Notes: generated by a model not told the origin, from the sequence alone. A stretch of DNA of 64,000 nucleotides from Calditrichia bacterium (GCA_963796965.1 CAWCNS010000008.1:160001-224000); one strand, 5' to 3'; shown: positions 23,201 through 32,962, numbered from the stretch's first letter. A program made the numbers and translations.

Positions 23201-23374
23201 ACCTTCCTTAATCGGTTTATAAGTACCTTTCAATCTATCCTTGAATGCCACTGGCTCTTTAGACCATGAATATTCAGCTGAGAAAGGTATCGATTCCACT
23301 ACTATTTTATCTGCCATCCGGGTCATAAACTTTTCAATTCTATCCAAATACAATTTTGTCACTTTATCTGTCAC
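20297..23374 (-). CDS. GH38 alpha-mannosidase
   Basis: GHAHIDTGWLWP, GGMWVEAD, WLPDVFGYS, GVGDGGGGP, ELYLELHRGT, NQFHDIIPGS. Confidence 0.96.
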   Translation of the reverse strand: MTDKVTKLYLDRIEKFMTRMADKIVVESIPFSAEYSWSKEPVAFKDRLKGTYKPIKEGEVWGGTWESAWFHLRSAVPKEWKGKKVVAHLDFEGEGLVVLPDGMPLQGITHKSIFSKDFRREYVHLFDSAKGGEEVELWVEAAGNSMFGVFLDADPPAIDPDRFGKYEGKVIAMRLSTFDLELWHLLLDMEILLGLVSTLEGASVRKARIIKCLTASIDVFADRQENAIKSRHVLEEALTQPATASDLRAMAVGHAHIDTGWLWPVRETIRKCIRTFSSQIKLLEKYPQYVFGASQPQHYQFVKDHAPMLYEKIKQYVKEGRWELQGGMWVEADCNLISGESMIRQFLYGKNFFMDEFGVEVKNLWLPDVFGYSASMPQIMVKSGVDYFLTQKLSWSQINDFPHHTFNWRGIDGTEILTHFPPENTYGSQLNTKFIIPGRDNFKEKSFIDEFICLFGVGDGGGGPKEENIEYGMRLESLEGAPKVRFGRADTFFENLAQYKDQVATWVGELYLELHRGTLTSQAFVKRANRKLELELRELEILWSCLPLDSYPVEKLEKIWKKVLINQFHDIIPGSSINAVYKVTHEEYHEAFDNSQKLKDAAARLLFVKDKNSLVLFNSLSHSYKGAIKLPKDWTGATESISNKEVLVQKEGDHSLAFVTVPPISFITLLKSETLPEKNSENQDLILENDLIRYDFNEEGVLVDIFDKQQNRHVLETDKKGNILSLYNDRPNQWDAWDVDLFYERELLEQARCIKIEKHSFGDVRQGLRLKFEIGNSKISQEIYLSLGSKRLDFHTKIQWFEQHRMLRVSFPVDVQASEASFDIQYGHIKRNTHRNTSWDIAKFEVAAHRYADLSDKEYGVALLNDCKYGYKVHNNVLDLNLLRSTRNPDPDADLGDHEFIYSLLPHVGDLINSDVISEAAQLNQPVLMFKGFRASGNAVPLKLEGDGISLEVLKKAEKEDCLVLRVVETMGKSSKGKISFNSNDDYLVMTNLIEWVDGDIISGEGMIEIHLKPFEIRTYKIKKR

Positions 23375-23393
23375 CCTATAACCTCCTGATATC

Positions 23394-25310
23394 CTATTTT
23401 ATTTGTCCATCATCGTTATAATCGCGTTTCATCGTTTTCAATCTTGCTAACATGGATCTGAGATCTCTTATTCCTCCTATGGTGAACCAGATTGAAACAA
23501 TCAGACTAACTAAGAGGAATAATCCAACATAGTACCACCAAAATTTCATCCAGGCGATTTCCGGGATTCCAAATAGCAGAGCATAAATAGTACCAATGAT
23601 AAAAACAGCCGTCCAGCTCAACGTCCAGCTATAAGTTACAATATAGATCACCTTGTCTGATCGGGTAAATTCCTTCCCAATTCCAAGCATCTTCAAGCCG
23701 CGGGAAGGTTCTTGTTCAATCACTTTATATTCATCCCCGATCAGGTATTTACCTCTATGCAACAGTTTATCCATATCGAACACTTGCCTCTTACTTAAAA
23801 GCGAAACTAGAATATACATGGTTATCGCTCCTACCATGGCTATAAACCAGAAAATTTGTCCGTTTAGAAATCCCGGATAATAATTTGGTATAATGATCCC
23901 GGCAACAGCGATCGTCGAACCGGTAATCATTGCTACCCAGGCAGCAGCAGTCGTCCCTCTTTTCCAATAAATACCTCCGATAATCACGGATCCTGATCCT
24001 CCGGCAAATATCGCTCCTGTAACAGCCAGAAACATGAGGATGTATTCCTGTTGCTGAAAGAGTAAACTGAAAAAAAAGATAAATATTGCCACACCAATAA
24101 TGGCCAATCTCAGATAGCGTATATGTTGCTCCGGTGTCAACGATTTTTTTCGCAGAGGTAAAAGTACATCCTGAATAAAGATACTTCCCCAGGAATGCAA
24201 GTAGCTATCATGCGTACTTATAAAGGCTGCCAGCATTACGGCAGTAAAGGCCCCCATTAAACCTCGTGGGAGAAATTCCTTCATTACTAATGGTACCTTT
24301 AACTGATTCTGTAATACTGTATCATCTATCGTTGCCAGAACATTGTTTACAGCGGTGGCCTGCGCTGAAAAATCCGCGTGATGCATAACTGTATAAGCGC
24401 AAATGGGAATAAAAAGGAATAATAATGTCTGCGGGAAACCGCGCCACCCGGAAAGGACGCCACCCATTTTAGCCTCATGAGCACTTTTAGCAGAGCTATT
24501 ATAAGCCTGGGTTCCCTGCCAGGAAAGGACAACATAAATAACGCCAAAAACGGCGATCAAATGATACCATATGTTAAAATCCTTGGCAGCACTTGTATTA
24601 AAAGGATTGATCATAGATGCGTTAACCGGGGCTGTTTGTAACGCCTCATATACATGGTCAAAACTAAACGTAGAGAAAAAGAGAAATACTACAATTACAA
24701 AGACAAAATTTACAAACAAGCCCTGAATGAAGTCTGTAATAATGACAGCAATCTGTCCACCAGAGAATACAAAATACAAGGATATGGAAAGAAGGGTAAT
24801 CATTACGACGACAAAAGTGGATATCTCCACACCTCCAAGAGAGAAATGGTTGGGAAAACCACAGAAATAGATAAAAAACCGTGCGCCGACAGCCGGGAAA
24901 ATGCCAAAATTGATGATTCCGGAAATAAAAGCAAGCATACCGGTGAAAATGCGGAAATTTTTACTATAACGCATTTCAAAGAATTGAGGCATGGTCATAC
25001 AGCGGGTCTGCCGAAAACGGTAAGCGACAAATCCCGAGACGGCAATGGCCAGTACAACAACTCCCATACTCAATCCCCACCAGGCTAGGGCAAATCCAGC
25101 CACGTAATTCATCTCAAAATTTGCTATGATCGTTATTGCGCCTAATCCAGCAATTCCCTGTGCCACACTAACCAGGTACCGCCCGGCTGTTCTTCCAGCG
25201 GAGAGAAAATCCACGACACTTTTCATGTGCGTTTTGCTGAGGATAACCCCACTGATCATCACCACAAGGATCGATATAACAATTCCCCAATCAATCCAAT
25301 CTAAATACAT
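23394..25310 (-). CDS. Sodium:solute symporter (SSS) family transporter, paralog 1
   Basis: DFLSAGRTAGRY, EMRYS, TDFIQG, AAFISTHDSY, YWKRGT; about 14 TM helices. Confidence 0.92.
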   Translation of the reverse strand: MYLDWIDWGIVISILVVMISGVILSKTHMKSVVDFLSAGRTAGRYLVSVAQGIAGLGAITIIANFEMNYVAGFALAWWGLSMGVVVLAIAVSGFVAYRFRQTRCMTMPQFFEMRYSKNFRIFTGMLAFISGIINFGIFPAVGARFFIYFCGFPNHFSLGGVEISTFVVVMITLLSISLYFVFSGGQIAVIITDFIQGLFVNFVFVIVVFLFFSTFSFDHVYEALQTAPVNASMINPFNTSAAKDFNIWYHLIAVFGVIYVVLSWQGTQAYNSSAKSAHEAKMGGVLSGWRGFPQTLLFLFIPICAYTVMHHADFSAQATAVNNVLATIDDTVLQNQLKVPLVMKEFLPRGLMGAFTAVMLAAFISTHDSYLHSWGSIFIQDVLLPLRKKSLTPEQHIRYLRLAIIGVAIFIFFFSLLFQQQEYILMFLAVTGAIFAGGSGSVIIGGIYWKRGTTAAAWVAMITGSTIAVAGIIIPNYYPGFLNGQIFWFIAMVGAITMYILVSLLSKRQVFDMDKLLHRGKYLIGDEYKVIEQEPSRGLKMLGIGKEFTRSDKVIYIVTYSWTLSWTAVFIIGTIYALLFGIPEIAWMKFWWYYVGLFLLVSLIVSIWFTIGGIRDLRSMLARLKTMKRDYNDDGQIK

Positions 25311-25368
25311 TTCCGTTCCAATTTGATAGACTCATTAAAAATATCTTCGACCCTTTATTAACTTTTTT

Positions 25369-25459
25369 ACCGCTAAGACGCAATGAAGGCGCAACGTTCG
25401 CAAAGAATAATAAGTATAAATAACTTGCGTGCTTTGCGCATCCCTTGCGTCTTTGCGGT
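25369..25459. repeat. Inverted repeat of CGCAAAG-type short units
   Basis: accgctaagacgcaatgaaggcgcaacgttcgcaaag ... cttgcgtgctttgcgcatcccttgcgtctttgcggt. Confidence 0.8.
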
Positions 25460-25477
25460 TAGATATCAATTTATGCA

Positions 25478-27991
25478 TTACTCGCTAAACACAAATTCGC
25501 CCGTCTCAACACTCCAATCCTCACCAAAAAAACCAGCTGCGCGAACGCCCTCACTTCCTTCCCTGAGCATCTCTGCTGAATACACCAGACAATCAGGGAA
25601 AGCATAACCCGGATAAAGATAGGGCCGGTTGTTGGTCATGCGCATACCAACGATTCCGCTCCCGCCCACAACACCTACAGATGCAATATCACTATCCAAT
25701 CGTGGTCTTATAAAGAGGCAGCCAAGATCCTTACCAGATATTTTTTTATCTCCTATCTCAATAGAGTTTGCATGAACCTGAACAGGGCAATCAGGCAATA
25801 ATTCATCCCAGGCGCTGTTTGTCTCGGCATTTCCATAGATGACAACATTTCGATCCGGATAAGCCCCGGCATCAAATTCAGCGTCAGAAATAATTTCGAT
25901 GGCCCCATTTCCCTGGTACCAGAAGATTTCCCCATCATATTTTGCCTTGGCCTTCGCCCAGGCATTCTCATCATCGGTCCCTTCTGTACCATACACAAAG
26001 ACTACCCGGTTATTAATGGCATCCTTAAAGGTACCATAACGATGTGGCCCTTTCAGTGATTTTGACGGTTTTGCAATAACGGACCACTCATCATTACGCT
26101 TCTCCAGCCATATCTTGTCCACATCTTTATCACGTTCAATATTATCAACTCTCTGGCTATCCAGATCGACACTCATCAACCCACCGGCCTCAATTAAACT
26201 TACATCCAGGGCAAGACGTGAGACATTTGTTGTTGTTCCTGAAAACAGTTTCTGTCCGGTATAGAATCTGATATTTGCCGTACTGAATTCTAAAGGATTT
26301 ATCTGGCTTTCAATATGTAGCCATTGGCTGGAGGAGGAGATGCCGGGATTTGCGGTTTTAAATTCAACCTGACGGATACGTTCCATGCCCGGTACAGCCC
26401 GGCGTGCGAAGAAATCAAACATAGGCAACCAGTCAACACAATCGCTACCTGGTTCGGGATCATTATCCCACCAGTGGCCTGCACCCGGTTCTTCATGAAA
26501 TACCAGGTGGTCATGTTTTCCTTCAAGATGTTTAACCATCTGATGGGCCTGATCCACACGTACATTATCATCAGCTGAACCATGAATCACATAGATACCC
26601 TCCTGTTTGTAATTTTCGGCCAATTCAAATGTTTGGCTGGGAGCCGTTGCCCGTAATAACATTTTATCCATAGCCGATCTTTCACCGATTTCGCCACGGA
26701 CTCGGTAAGACCAAAAACTAATCCAACCGGCACTGGGTCCAATAGCAGCAAATTTATCGGGAAAAGTACCGCCAACATGCCAGGTACCGTGTCCACCCAT
26801 TGAATGCCCCGTAAGATAAACGCGATTGGGATCTATATTGAGAGTAGATTTTGCCAGGGCCATCACCTCTAATGCATCTGTTCGCCCCCAATCCTCCCAA
26901 TTAAATCCGTAGGGCCGACGGTTTGTTGGCGCCACAATATGGCCCCAGTTCTTTGCTTGATACGAGTTGGCCTGATTTAAGGCCTCAACGCTGGCACCAT
27001 GTAACGACAGAAACAAGGCTCCTGGTTGATCCGCATGTAATCCCCAGGCCGGATTTACGGCATAGTATTGGACACTGCCATCAATCTTACTGAAAAAAGT
27101 ACGTTTACGAGTTTCAGCTGGGTTCTGGACACGTATGGGAATTTTTATTGAAGCCAGTGGTTTATCCATATCCCCATGTAATTCCAATTGAATATCACAG
27201 GTACCCTTATCTTTGAGAGCGGTACCTTTAAGCTTAAATGGTGCTTTATAGACACTTAAAGGAAGAATATCGGGAATGGAAATCTTACCCGAGACCGCTT
27301 TTTCCGATGAGGACGCTATCGTTAGATTTGTAAGACGCTTCTCTGACGCATTAACGATGACCATGGCCCCCTGAGTATCAATGGATTCTCCAACAATAAA
27401 ATCGGGTAGGGTAGGATCGTTGGGATTAAAGAATACGCCCTCGTCTGTTTCATGAATCTTTACTTTTAATCGGAAGCGGTTACATTTAAAAATTAAATCA
27501 TTCCGGCCTTTTTTCAAGACAATAGGGATTCGCGAAAAATTAAATTTTGGCTCCCATGACTCAAATTCTTCCTTGGACTGATAGCGGTTTCCAATTCGGG
27601 GCTCTCCATTGACATAAACCATATTATGGGCCATAGCTTCCAGGACTACTATTTTTCTCTCCTCTGATTGTATTGAGACATAGGCATACCCGCCGCGGAG
27701 TGTCCTTCCCCTAAACCATCCGTTTGAGTCTACTTTCATTTCCTCCCAGGTTCCCGATACTGAATCAGCAAACTCTTCCTTTTGTCCTGCCTGAGGGGGG
27801 CTCCATATTCCCTTCACAATTTTATATTCTACAGGATCTTTGGGAACGACAGACATCCGGCTACCGCGGGGCAATTTTACAGCCAAACATTTTTCGATCA
27901 CCGTTACTTGTCCAGCCATAACAATATTTGACATTCCAAAGAACATTACTATGAATGTTAGTTGGATTGAAATTAATTTTAGGCACTTCAT
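25478..27991 (-). CDS. Secreted alpha/beta-hydrolase (S9 peptidase/esterase-like)
   Basis: Signal peptide; LHGAS, nucleophile GHSMGG, HGSADDNV, GAGHWW. Confidence 0.82.
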   Translation of the reverse strand: MKCLKLISIQLTFIVMFFGMSNIVMAGQVTVIEKCLAVKLPRGSRMSVVPKDPVEYKIVKGIWSPPQAGQKEEFADSVSGTWEEMKVDSNGWFRGRTLRGGYAYVSIQSEERKIVVLEAMAHNMVYVNGEPRIGNRYQSKEEFESWEPKFNFSRIPIVLKKGRNDLIFKCNRFRLKVKIHETDEGVFFNPNDPTLPDFIVGESIDTQGAMVIVNASEKRLTNLTIASSSEKAVSGKISIPDILPLSVYKAPFKLKGTALKDKGTCDIQLELHGDMDKPLASIKIPIRVQNPAETRKRTFFSKIDGSVQYYAVNPAWGLHADQPGALFLSLHGASVEALNQANSYQAKNWGHIVAPTNRRPYGFNWEDWGRTDALEVMALAKSTLNIDPNRVYLTGHSMGGHGTWHVGGTFPDKFAAIGPSAGWISFWSYRVRGEIGERSAMDKMLLRATAPSQTFELAENYKQEGIYVIHGSADDNVRVDQAHQMVKHLEGKHDHLVFHEEPGAGHWWDNDPEPGSDCVDWLPMFDFFARRAVPGMERIRQVEFKTANPGISSSSQWLHIESQINPLEFSTANIRFYTGQKLFSGTTTNVSRLALDVSLIEAGGLMSVDLDSQRVDNIERDKDVDKIWLEKRNDEWSVIAKPSKSLKGPHRYGTFKDAINNRVVFVYGTEGTDDENAWAKAKAKYDGEIFWYQGNGAIEIISDAEFDAGAYPDRNVVIYGNAETNSAWDELLPDCPVQVHANSIEIGDKKISGKDLGCLFIRPRLDSDIASVGVVGGSGIVGMRMTNNRPYLYPGYAFPDCLVYSAEMLREGSEGVRAAGFFGEDWSVETGEFVFSE

Positions 27992-28053
27992 ATTTTTCCC
28001 TTCTGTATTTATATTAATAATTTAGAATTCCAAAACAACCGCTCTAATTTTTC

Positions 28054-28444
28054 TCTCGCAAAGTCGCAAAGACGCTAAGAGATGGAAGACTCTACAACTA
28101 ACACGAGAGACATTTTTTTTATATTACCCTTTGTATCATCACTCTTAAGTTTTTAATATTTATTATCATTTGTGTCCAGTTTAAAAGAGGAATCACTGTT
28201 TTAACAAAATCATCATTCAAAAACCCCTTCTCTTCTTCACGAGAAGGGCTCCTTAAAGTCCCTCTCTTTGTAAGAGAGGGATTTAGGGTGAGTTCTTTAA
28301 ATTAAGTCTTCTTGCTGGGAAATTAATAGAATCATTTGATATTATTTTGTTTATTAATACATGTCTAAATATTAACCAGACACTTATGATTTATTATGTT
28401 TTACATTTGAATAAATTCTTTACGTTTTAGCGTCTTTGCGTAAG
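28054..28444. repeat. CGCAAAG-type inverted-repeat arms enclosing a nested MITE-like element
   Basis: Left arm ctcgcaaagtcgcaaagacgctaag (28055-28079); right arm ctttacgttttagcgtctttgcgtaag (28418-28444). Confidence 0.7.
28165..28390. mobile_element. MITE-like non-autonomous element (~226 bp) with imperfect terminal inverted repeats
   Basis: Ends atcatttgtgtccagtttaa / ttaaccagacacttatgat; internal hairpins CCCTTCTC..GAGAAGGG and CCCTCTCTT..AAGAGAGGG; partial inverted second copy at 55403-55570. Confidence 0.6.
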
Positions 28445-28508
28445 TTTATTTTGCTTATATGTATGACCATTGTGAGTAATTTAACTTCATTATCATAGAT
28501 ATGACCGG

Positions 28509-28568
28509 AATAACCACCCCCTTTTTTCCCCTCCTTAGTAAGTAGGGGGATAATGGGGAAGGTAAATT
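28509..28568. repeat. REP-like palindrome (CCCCTCCTTAGTAAG.AGGGG), downstream of GH20
   Basis: aataaccaccccc..cccctccttagtaagtaggggga..ggtaaatt; closely related to 30919-30976. Confidence 0.75.
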
Positions 28569-28597
28569 CAATAAATCTTAAAGTGGATCAATCCTTA

Positions 28598-30859
28598 TTA
28601 TTCCACCACAATTTCATCGACAAAAAGCCACGCCTTACCCCCTGCACCGGGATGCCATTCCGGACAAACACCTAAATTTTCAGCGCGAATACGAATAAAC
28701 CTTGCTTCTATCCCATCAGCCTTGAGAACAAAATCCTGAATCAATGCATCGGTATTTTTCATTGAGATATCAGGGTTTTGTACATCCAGAACCTGATATT
28801 TTTCCCCATCTGCAGAGAATGCGAACTCAACTTTTCTTGGCAAAAATATCCACGAATTGGTATTTTGTATAAATCCTACGGATATACTTTTTATATGAAC
28901 CATCTCCTCCAAATCGAGAACCGCATCGAAATCGTTCTCCTCATACCCTTGCCAATAGCCATCGCGAAAATTAATCGATCCTCGTATACCATTAGTTAAG
29001 CCAAATTCACCACCACCTGAATAATGCTCCGCATAAGTCGATTTAAGTTCAACATTCTTACCAGAAGTGATATGAAAATTAAAAGATCGCTTTTCAATCT
29101 CTCCATATTTTTCACCGTTCCGGAATGCAGACACATTTAACTCACAGCTTTTATCAACCAGGATCTGTTTGGAATATTTGGTCGATTTCAGATCAGGAAC
29201 TTCGCCATCAAGCGTGTAATATAGTTCCAATAGGGGTTCACCCGTTTCCATGGTAACCAAATAGGTGAGATCATCTGCATTAAAGCTCGTTTTTATGCCT
29301 ACAGGTTTCGATTCTGCACCATACTTAACACCCATATTATCCAACCGTTGGTAGTGATTACGTGCCCGCTGCAAAAATTCTGTATAATCCTTCTTTTCTC
29401 CTTGTGACCAGAGGACTTCACTCATCGCCAGCAGCCGGGGAAAAACCATCTGATCGAGATTATCTTCGGTAATCCTTTCTGTCCACACATTACATTCACC
29501 ACCGATGATATGACGGCGCTCTTCATCATTTAGTTCGGCAGGGACCGGGTCGAAAGAATAGACCTGGCGAAGATCTGTTGTGGCAATATCATAGTCAAAA
29601 TAGGCATGGCTTGTGGGCGAAACGATGGCATCATGACCTGCACGGGCTGCTTCCACTGCCCCTTCCATTCCCCGCCACGATTGCACGGTTGCACCAGGTG
29701 CCAGACCACCTTCCAGAATTTCATCCCAGCCTATTAACTGACGATCATTTTTGTTCAGAAACGTCTCGATCCGTCGGATAAAATAACTCTGTAACTCATG
29801 CTCGTCCTTTAAATTTTCAGACTTAATTCTCCTTTGACATTTGGAACAATTTTGCCAGCGATCTTTTGGACATTCATCTCCACCTATGTGAATATACTTA
29901 GATGGAAACAAGGCCAGAACCTCTGTTAATACATTCTCCAGAAACTTAAAAGTCTCATCATTGCCGGCACAGTAGACATCCTTATGCACACCCCATTGGG
30001 TCTCAACAGTGAATGGTCCTCCCGTACAAGATAGATGGGGATACGATGCCAGGGCAGCCACAGAATGTCCTGGCAATTCAATTTCCGGAACAATTGTTAT
30101 AAATCTTTTTTGGGCATATTCGACAATCTCTTTGATATCTTGCTGAGTATAATAGCCGCCATACCTGGTGCCATCCTCATAGGTTCGCCAGGCACCGATT
30201 TCTGTTAACCGGGGATACTTTCTTATCTCAATACGCCAGCCCTGATCTTCAGTCAGGTGCCAGTGGAGGCGATTCATTTTATAATAGGCCAATAGATCTA
30301 GATAACGTTTGACCATTCTTTTGCTCATAAAGTGCCGGCCACAATCTAACAACATTCCCCGCCAGTTAAATCTTGGCTTATCTTTAATATCGAGGCAAGG
30401 TATAGTCAGATTTTTCTTATGAGCATCTGTATCTTTCTCTATTCCAGGTGGAAATAGCTGGCGGAATGTTTGGATGGCATAAAATATCCCAGCCGGATGA
30501 GAGGCCCGAATTTTAACTTCATTTGATTTAACCTCAATTTGATACCCCTCCCCTCCAAATGATGCCTCATCATCATTCAAAAGAGAGAGGAATATAAAAT
30601 TCTCAGCACCATCTTCACCATCATCTCCTATCACTTTTTCTAGCCAGGAGGATAAATAGGCTCCACAATGCTCCAACCCCGGCACATTTCCATCAGTTAC
30701 TATCGCCGTTCTGGTAGTTAGTGTAAATGTACCTGTACTATTTATGACTGAGTTGGGTTTAGGAATAATAGCACCTTGATTTTTATCAGATTTTCCACAG
30801 GTCATCATAAATAATCCTAAAAAAAATATAAGAAGATTTTTTATTGCTATAGTTTTCAT
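28598..30859 (-). CDS. GH20 beta-N-acetylhexosaminidase with C-terminal CHB_HEX_C/FN3-like and F5/8-like domains; lipoprotein
   Basis: PRFNWRGMLLDCGRHF, HWHLTEDQGWR, PEIELPGH, catalytic HIGGDE, YFDY; likely start MKTIAIK (lipobox MMTC). Confidence 0.95.
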   Translation of the reverse strand: MKTIAIKNLLIFFLGLFMMTCGKSDKNQGAIIPKPNSVINSTGTFTLTTRTAIVTDGNVPGLEHCGAYLSSWLEKVIGDDGEDGAENFIFLSLLNDDEASFGGEGYQIEVKSNEVKIRASHPAGIFYAIQTFRQLFPPGIEKDTDAHKKNLTIPCLDIKDKPRFNWRGMLLDCGRHFMSKRMVKRYLDLLAYYKMNRLHWHLTEDQGWRIEIRKYPRLTEIGAWRTYEDGTRYGGYYTQQDIKEIVEYAQKRFITIVPEIELPGHSVAALASYPHLSCTGGPFTVETQWGVHKDVYCAGNDETFKFLENVLTEVLALFPSKYIHIGGDECPKDRWQNCSKCQRRIKSENLKDEHELQSYFIRRIETFLNKNDRQLIGWDEILEGGLAPGATVQSWRGMEGAVEAARAGHDAIVSPTSHAYFDYDIATTDLRQVYSFDPVPAELNDEERRHIIGGECNVWTERITEDNLDQMVFPRLLAMSEVLWSQGEKKDYTEFLQRARNHYQRLDNMGVKYGAESKPVGIKTSFNADDLTYLVTMETGEPLLELYYTLDGEVPDLKSTKYSKQILVDKSCELNVSAFRNGEKYGEIEKRSFNFHITSGKNVELKSTYAEHYSGGGEFGLTNGIRGSINFRDGYWQGYEENDFDAVLDLEEMVHIKSISVGFIQNTNSWIFLPRKVEFAFSADGEKYQVLDVQNPDISMKNTDALIQDFVLKADGIEARFIRIRAENLGVCPEWHPGAGGKAWLFVDEIVVE

Positions 30860-30918
30860 ATTTTTGCTCTTTTTCTGATTAATCAAGTCATTAATTTTCT
30901 TACCTTCGATGAACCAGC

Positions 30919-30976
30919 AAATAACCACCCTCCGTCTCCCTCCTTACTAAGGAGGGGGAAAAAGGAGGAGGTAATT
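30919..30976. repeat. REP-like palindrome (CCCTCCTTACTAAGGAGGG), upstream of GH20
   Basis: aaataaccaccctccgtctccctccttactaaggagggggaaaaaggaggaggtaatt. Confidence 0.75.
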
Positions 30977-31044
30977 AACACTGAGAATCCGCGTCATCCG
31001 TTTTCTATTACGATTTTTTTTTGCTCCTTCTTTCCAATCGTTTT

Positions 31045-32802
31045 TCAACCAATCAACTTCGCATCATGTAAATTATACAGATTAAAGTACGCACCCCTTT
31101 TATCCAAAAGATGCCCATGGTCGCCGGTTTCCACAATCTGCCCGTTATCCATCACAAAAATTTTATCCGCATTTTTTATGGTTGAGAGACGATGCGCAAT
31201 AATAAAAGTAGTTCGGTTGGCAACAAGTGTATTAAGCGCCCCCTGAATTTTAAATTCTGACTCTGTATCTAAGGCAGAAGTTGCTTCATCCAAAATCAGA
31301 ATAGGGGCATTTTTAAGAATCGCCCTGGCAATGGAAATGCGTTGCTGCTGCCCCCCGGAAAGTCCAACCCCTCTCTCACCCAGAGGTGTATCAAAACCAT
31401 TTGGAAGGTCCATTATAAATTCATAGGCATTTGCCATCCTGGCTGCGTCTTCAACTTCCTGATCTGAAGCATCTATATTGCCATAGCGGATATTTTCTCT
31501 GATAGTACCCCAGAAAAGAAATCCATCCTGTAAAACGAGAGCAAGATTTTGCCTCAACCAATAGATCTGTAGATCCCGCAGGTCAATATTATCGATCATT
31601 ATAGTACCGGCTGTGGGATCATAGAAACGTGTTAGCATATTTAGTATGGTACTTTTGCCGGCACCGGAACGTCCAACAAGAGCAATACACTGACCTGGTT
31701 CAACTGAGAATGAGATATCATGAATAGCCGGTTTTTTTCCGCCATCATACATAAATGATACATTTTTAAAAATAATATGCCCTTTCGCAACAGAAGATGG
31801 AATGACGGGATTTTCTTTTTCAGGTGGGCTGGGTACCGTATCAAACACCTCATAAATTCGTTTAACCGAACTCATTCCGGCTTCAATAACCGTAGTGGTA
31901 TTACTCAAACGAATAATCGGTTGGTATAAATAACCCAGATAGGTATAGAAAGCGACGATATCACCCACAGTCATGACATCTTTAACAATAACGAAATAGC
32001 TCCCACCCAGCAATACAACCAGGATGCCAATGATAGTCATGTATTCTGTAAGAGAATTAAAAAGAGCGTTAAACGTGTAGGTCTTAATTCTGAGATGTCT
32101 GTCTTCGAGAATGTATTTATTGAATTTTGTCTTTTTATAGTCTTCTAAGGTAAAAGCACGAATAATTTTTACACCGGCTATTGAATTATGGAATTCTGAA
32201 GCAAGTTCAGCGTAATTATTACGAATATCCTGATTCATCTCACCTATTTTTTTACGAAATTTATTATGAATCAGAGCGTATATAGGAATTATAGAAACAG
32301 CAATTATACCAAGCGGTAAATTCATTAGTATCAGGATGATAGTAACTGCGACGACAATAAGAATATCCTCTATAAGAAATATAAGTGAATTGGTGGTCAT
32401 CATCTCTGTATTCATCACATCATCCAACATGCGGTTCATTATATCACCGGTTGTCGCCCTGTCATAATATCGAAATGATAATAATTGAAAATGTTGCATC
32501 AACTTTGTTCGCAGATCGTAAATATAATGATAGCCGAAATGAAGCATGCGATTATTCCGAAATATTAAGGCTCCCATTCTAAGTAAGTACAGTCCGGCTA
32601 TAAATAAACAACCATAGATTACAGCATCAAAATTTTTAGCTGGGATATACTCATCGATGATGATCTTGAAAAACCGGGGAAGTGTCATGGCGATAGTTAC
32701 CATGACAATCATCATAAAAAAGGCGGTATACATGTATTTCCAGTAAGGACGCGTTGACAGAAGATACCGTTGGAAGGGTGATTTTGTTGAATGTGGTTGC
32801 AA
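31045..32802 (-). CDS. ABC exporter, fused permease + ATPase (MsbA/Sav1866-like)
   Basis: 6-TM domain; Walker A GRSGAGKS, signature LSGGQQQR, Walker B ILILDEATSALD, IAHRLST. Confidence 0.95.
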   Translation of the reverse strand: MQPHSTKSPFQRYLLSTRPYWKYMYTAFFMMIVMVTIAMTLPRFFKIIIDEYIPAKNFDAVIYGCLFIAGLYLLRMGALIFRNNRMLHFGYHYIYDLRTKLMQHFQLLSFRYYDRATTGDIMNRMLDDVMNTEMMTTNSLIFLIEDILIVVAVTIILILMNLPLGIIAVSIIPIYALIHNKFRKKIGEMNQDIRNNYAELASEFHNSIAGVKIIRAFTLEDYKKTKFNKYILEDRHLRIKTYTFNALFNSLTEYMTIIGILVVLLGGSYFVIVKDVMTVGDIVAFYTYLGYLYQPIIRLSNTTTVIEAGMSSVKRIYEVFDTVPSPPEKENPVIPSSVAKGHIIFKNVSFMYDGGKKPAIHDISFSVEPGQCIALVGRSGAGKSTILNMLTRFYDPTAGTIMIDNIDLRDLQIYWLRQNLALVLQDGFLFWGTIRENIRYGNIDASDQEVEDAARMANAYEFIMDLPNGFDTPLGERGVGLSGGQQQRISIARAILKNAPILILDEATSALDTESEFKIQGALNTLVANRTTFIIAHRLSTIKNADKIFVMDNGQIVETGDHGHLLDKRGAYFNLYNLHDAKLIG

Positions 32803-32841
32803 TTAGGTTGTCCAACAAATTATTGGTTATTATTCTCGTAA

Positions 32842-32962
32842 TAGTTACAGAGATGCAGAGAAGAGAGAAGAGTGAAAAGAGAAGAGCACGAATAAAACAT
32901 TAATTTTCTACTCGCTCTCCTCTCTCTTCCCTCTTCTTTATCTCTGAGTCCTCTATGGCTAA
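32842..32962. repeat. Composite inverted repeat: GAAGAGA-type heptamers nested in CAGAG/CTCTG arms
   Basis: cagagatgcagagaagagagaagagtgaaaagagaagag ... ctcgctctcctctctcttccctcttc..tctctgagtcctcta. Confidence 0.65.
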
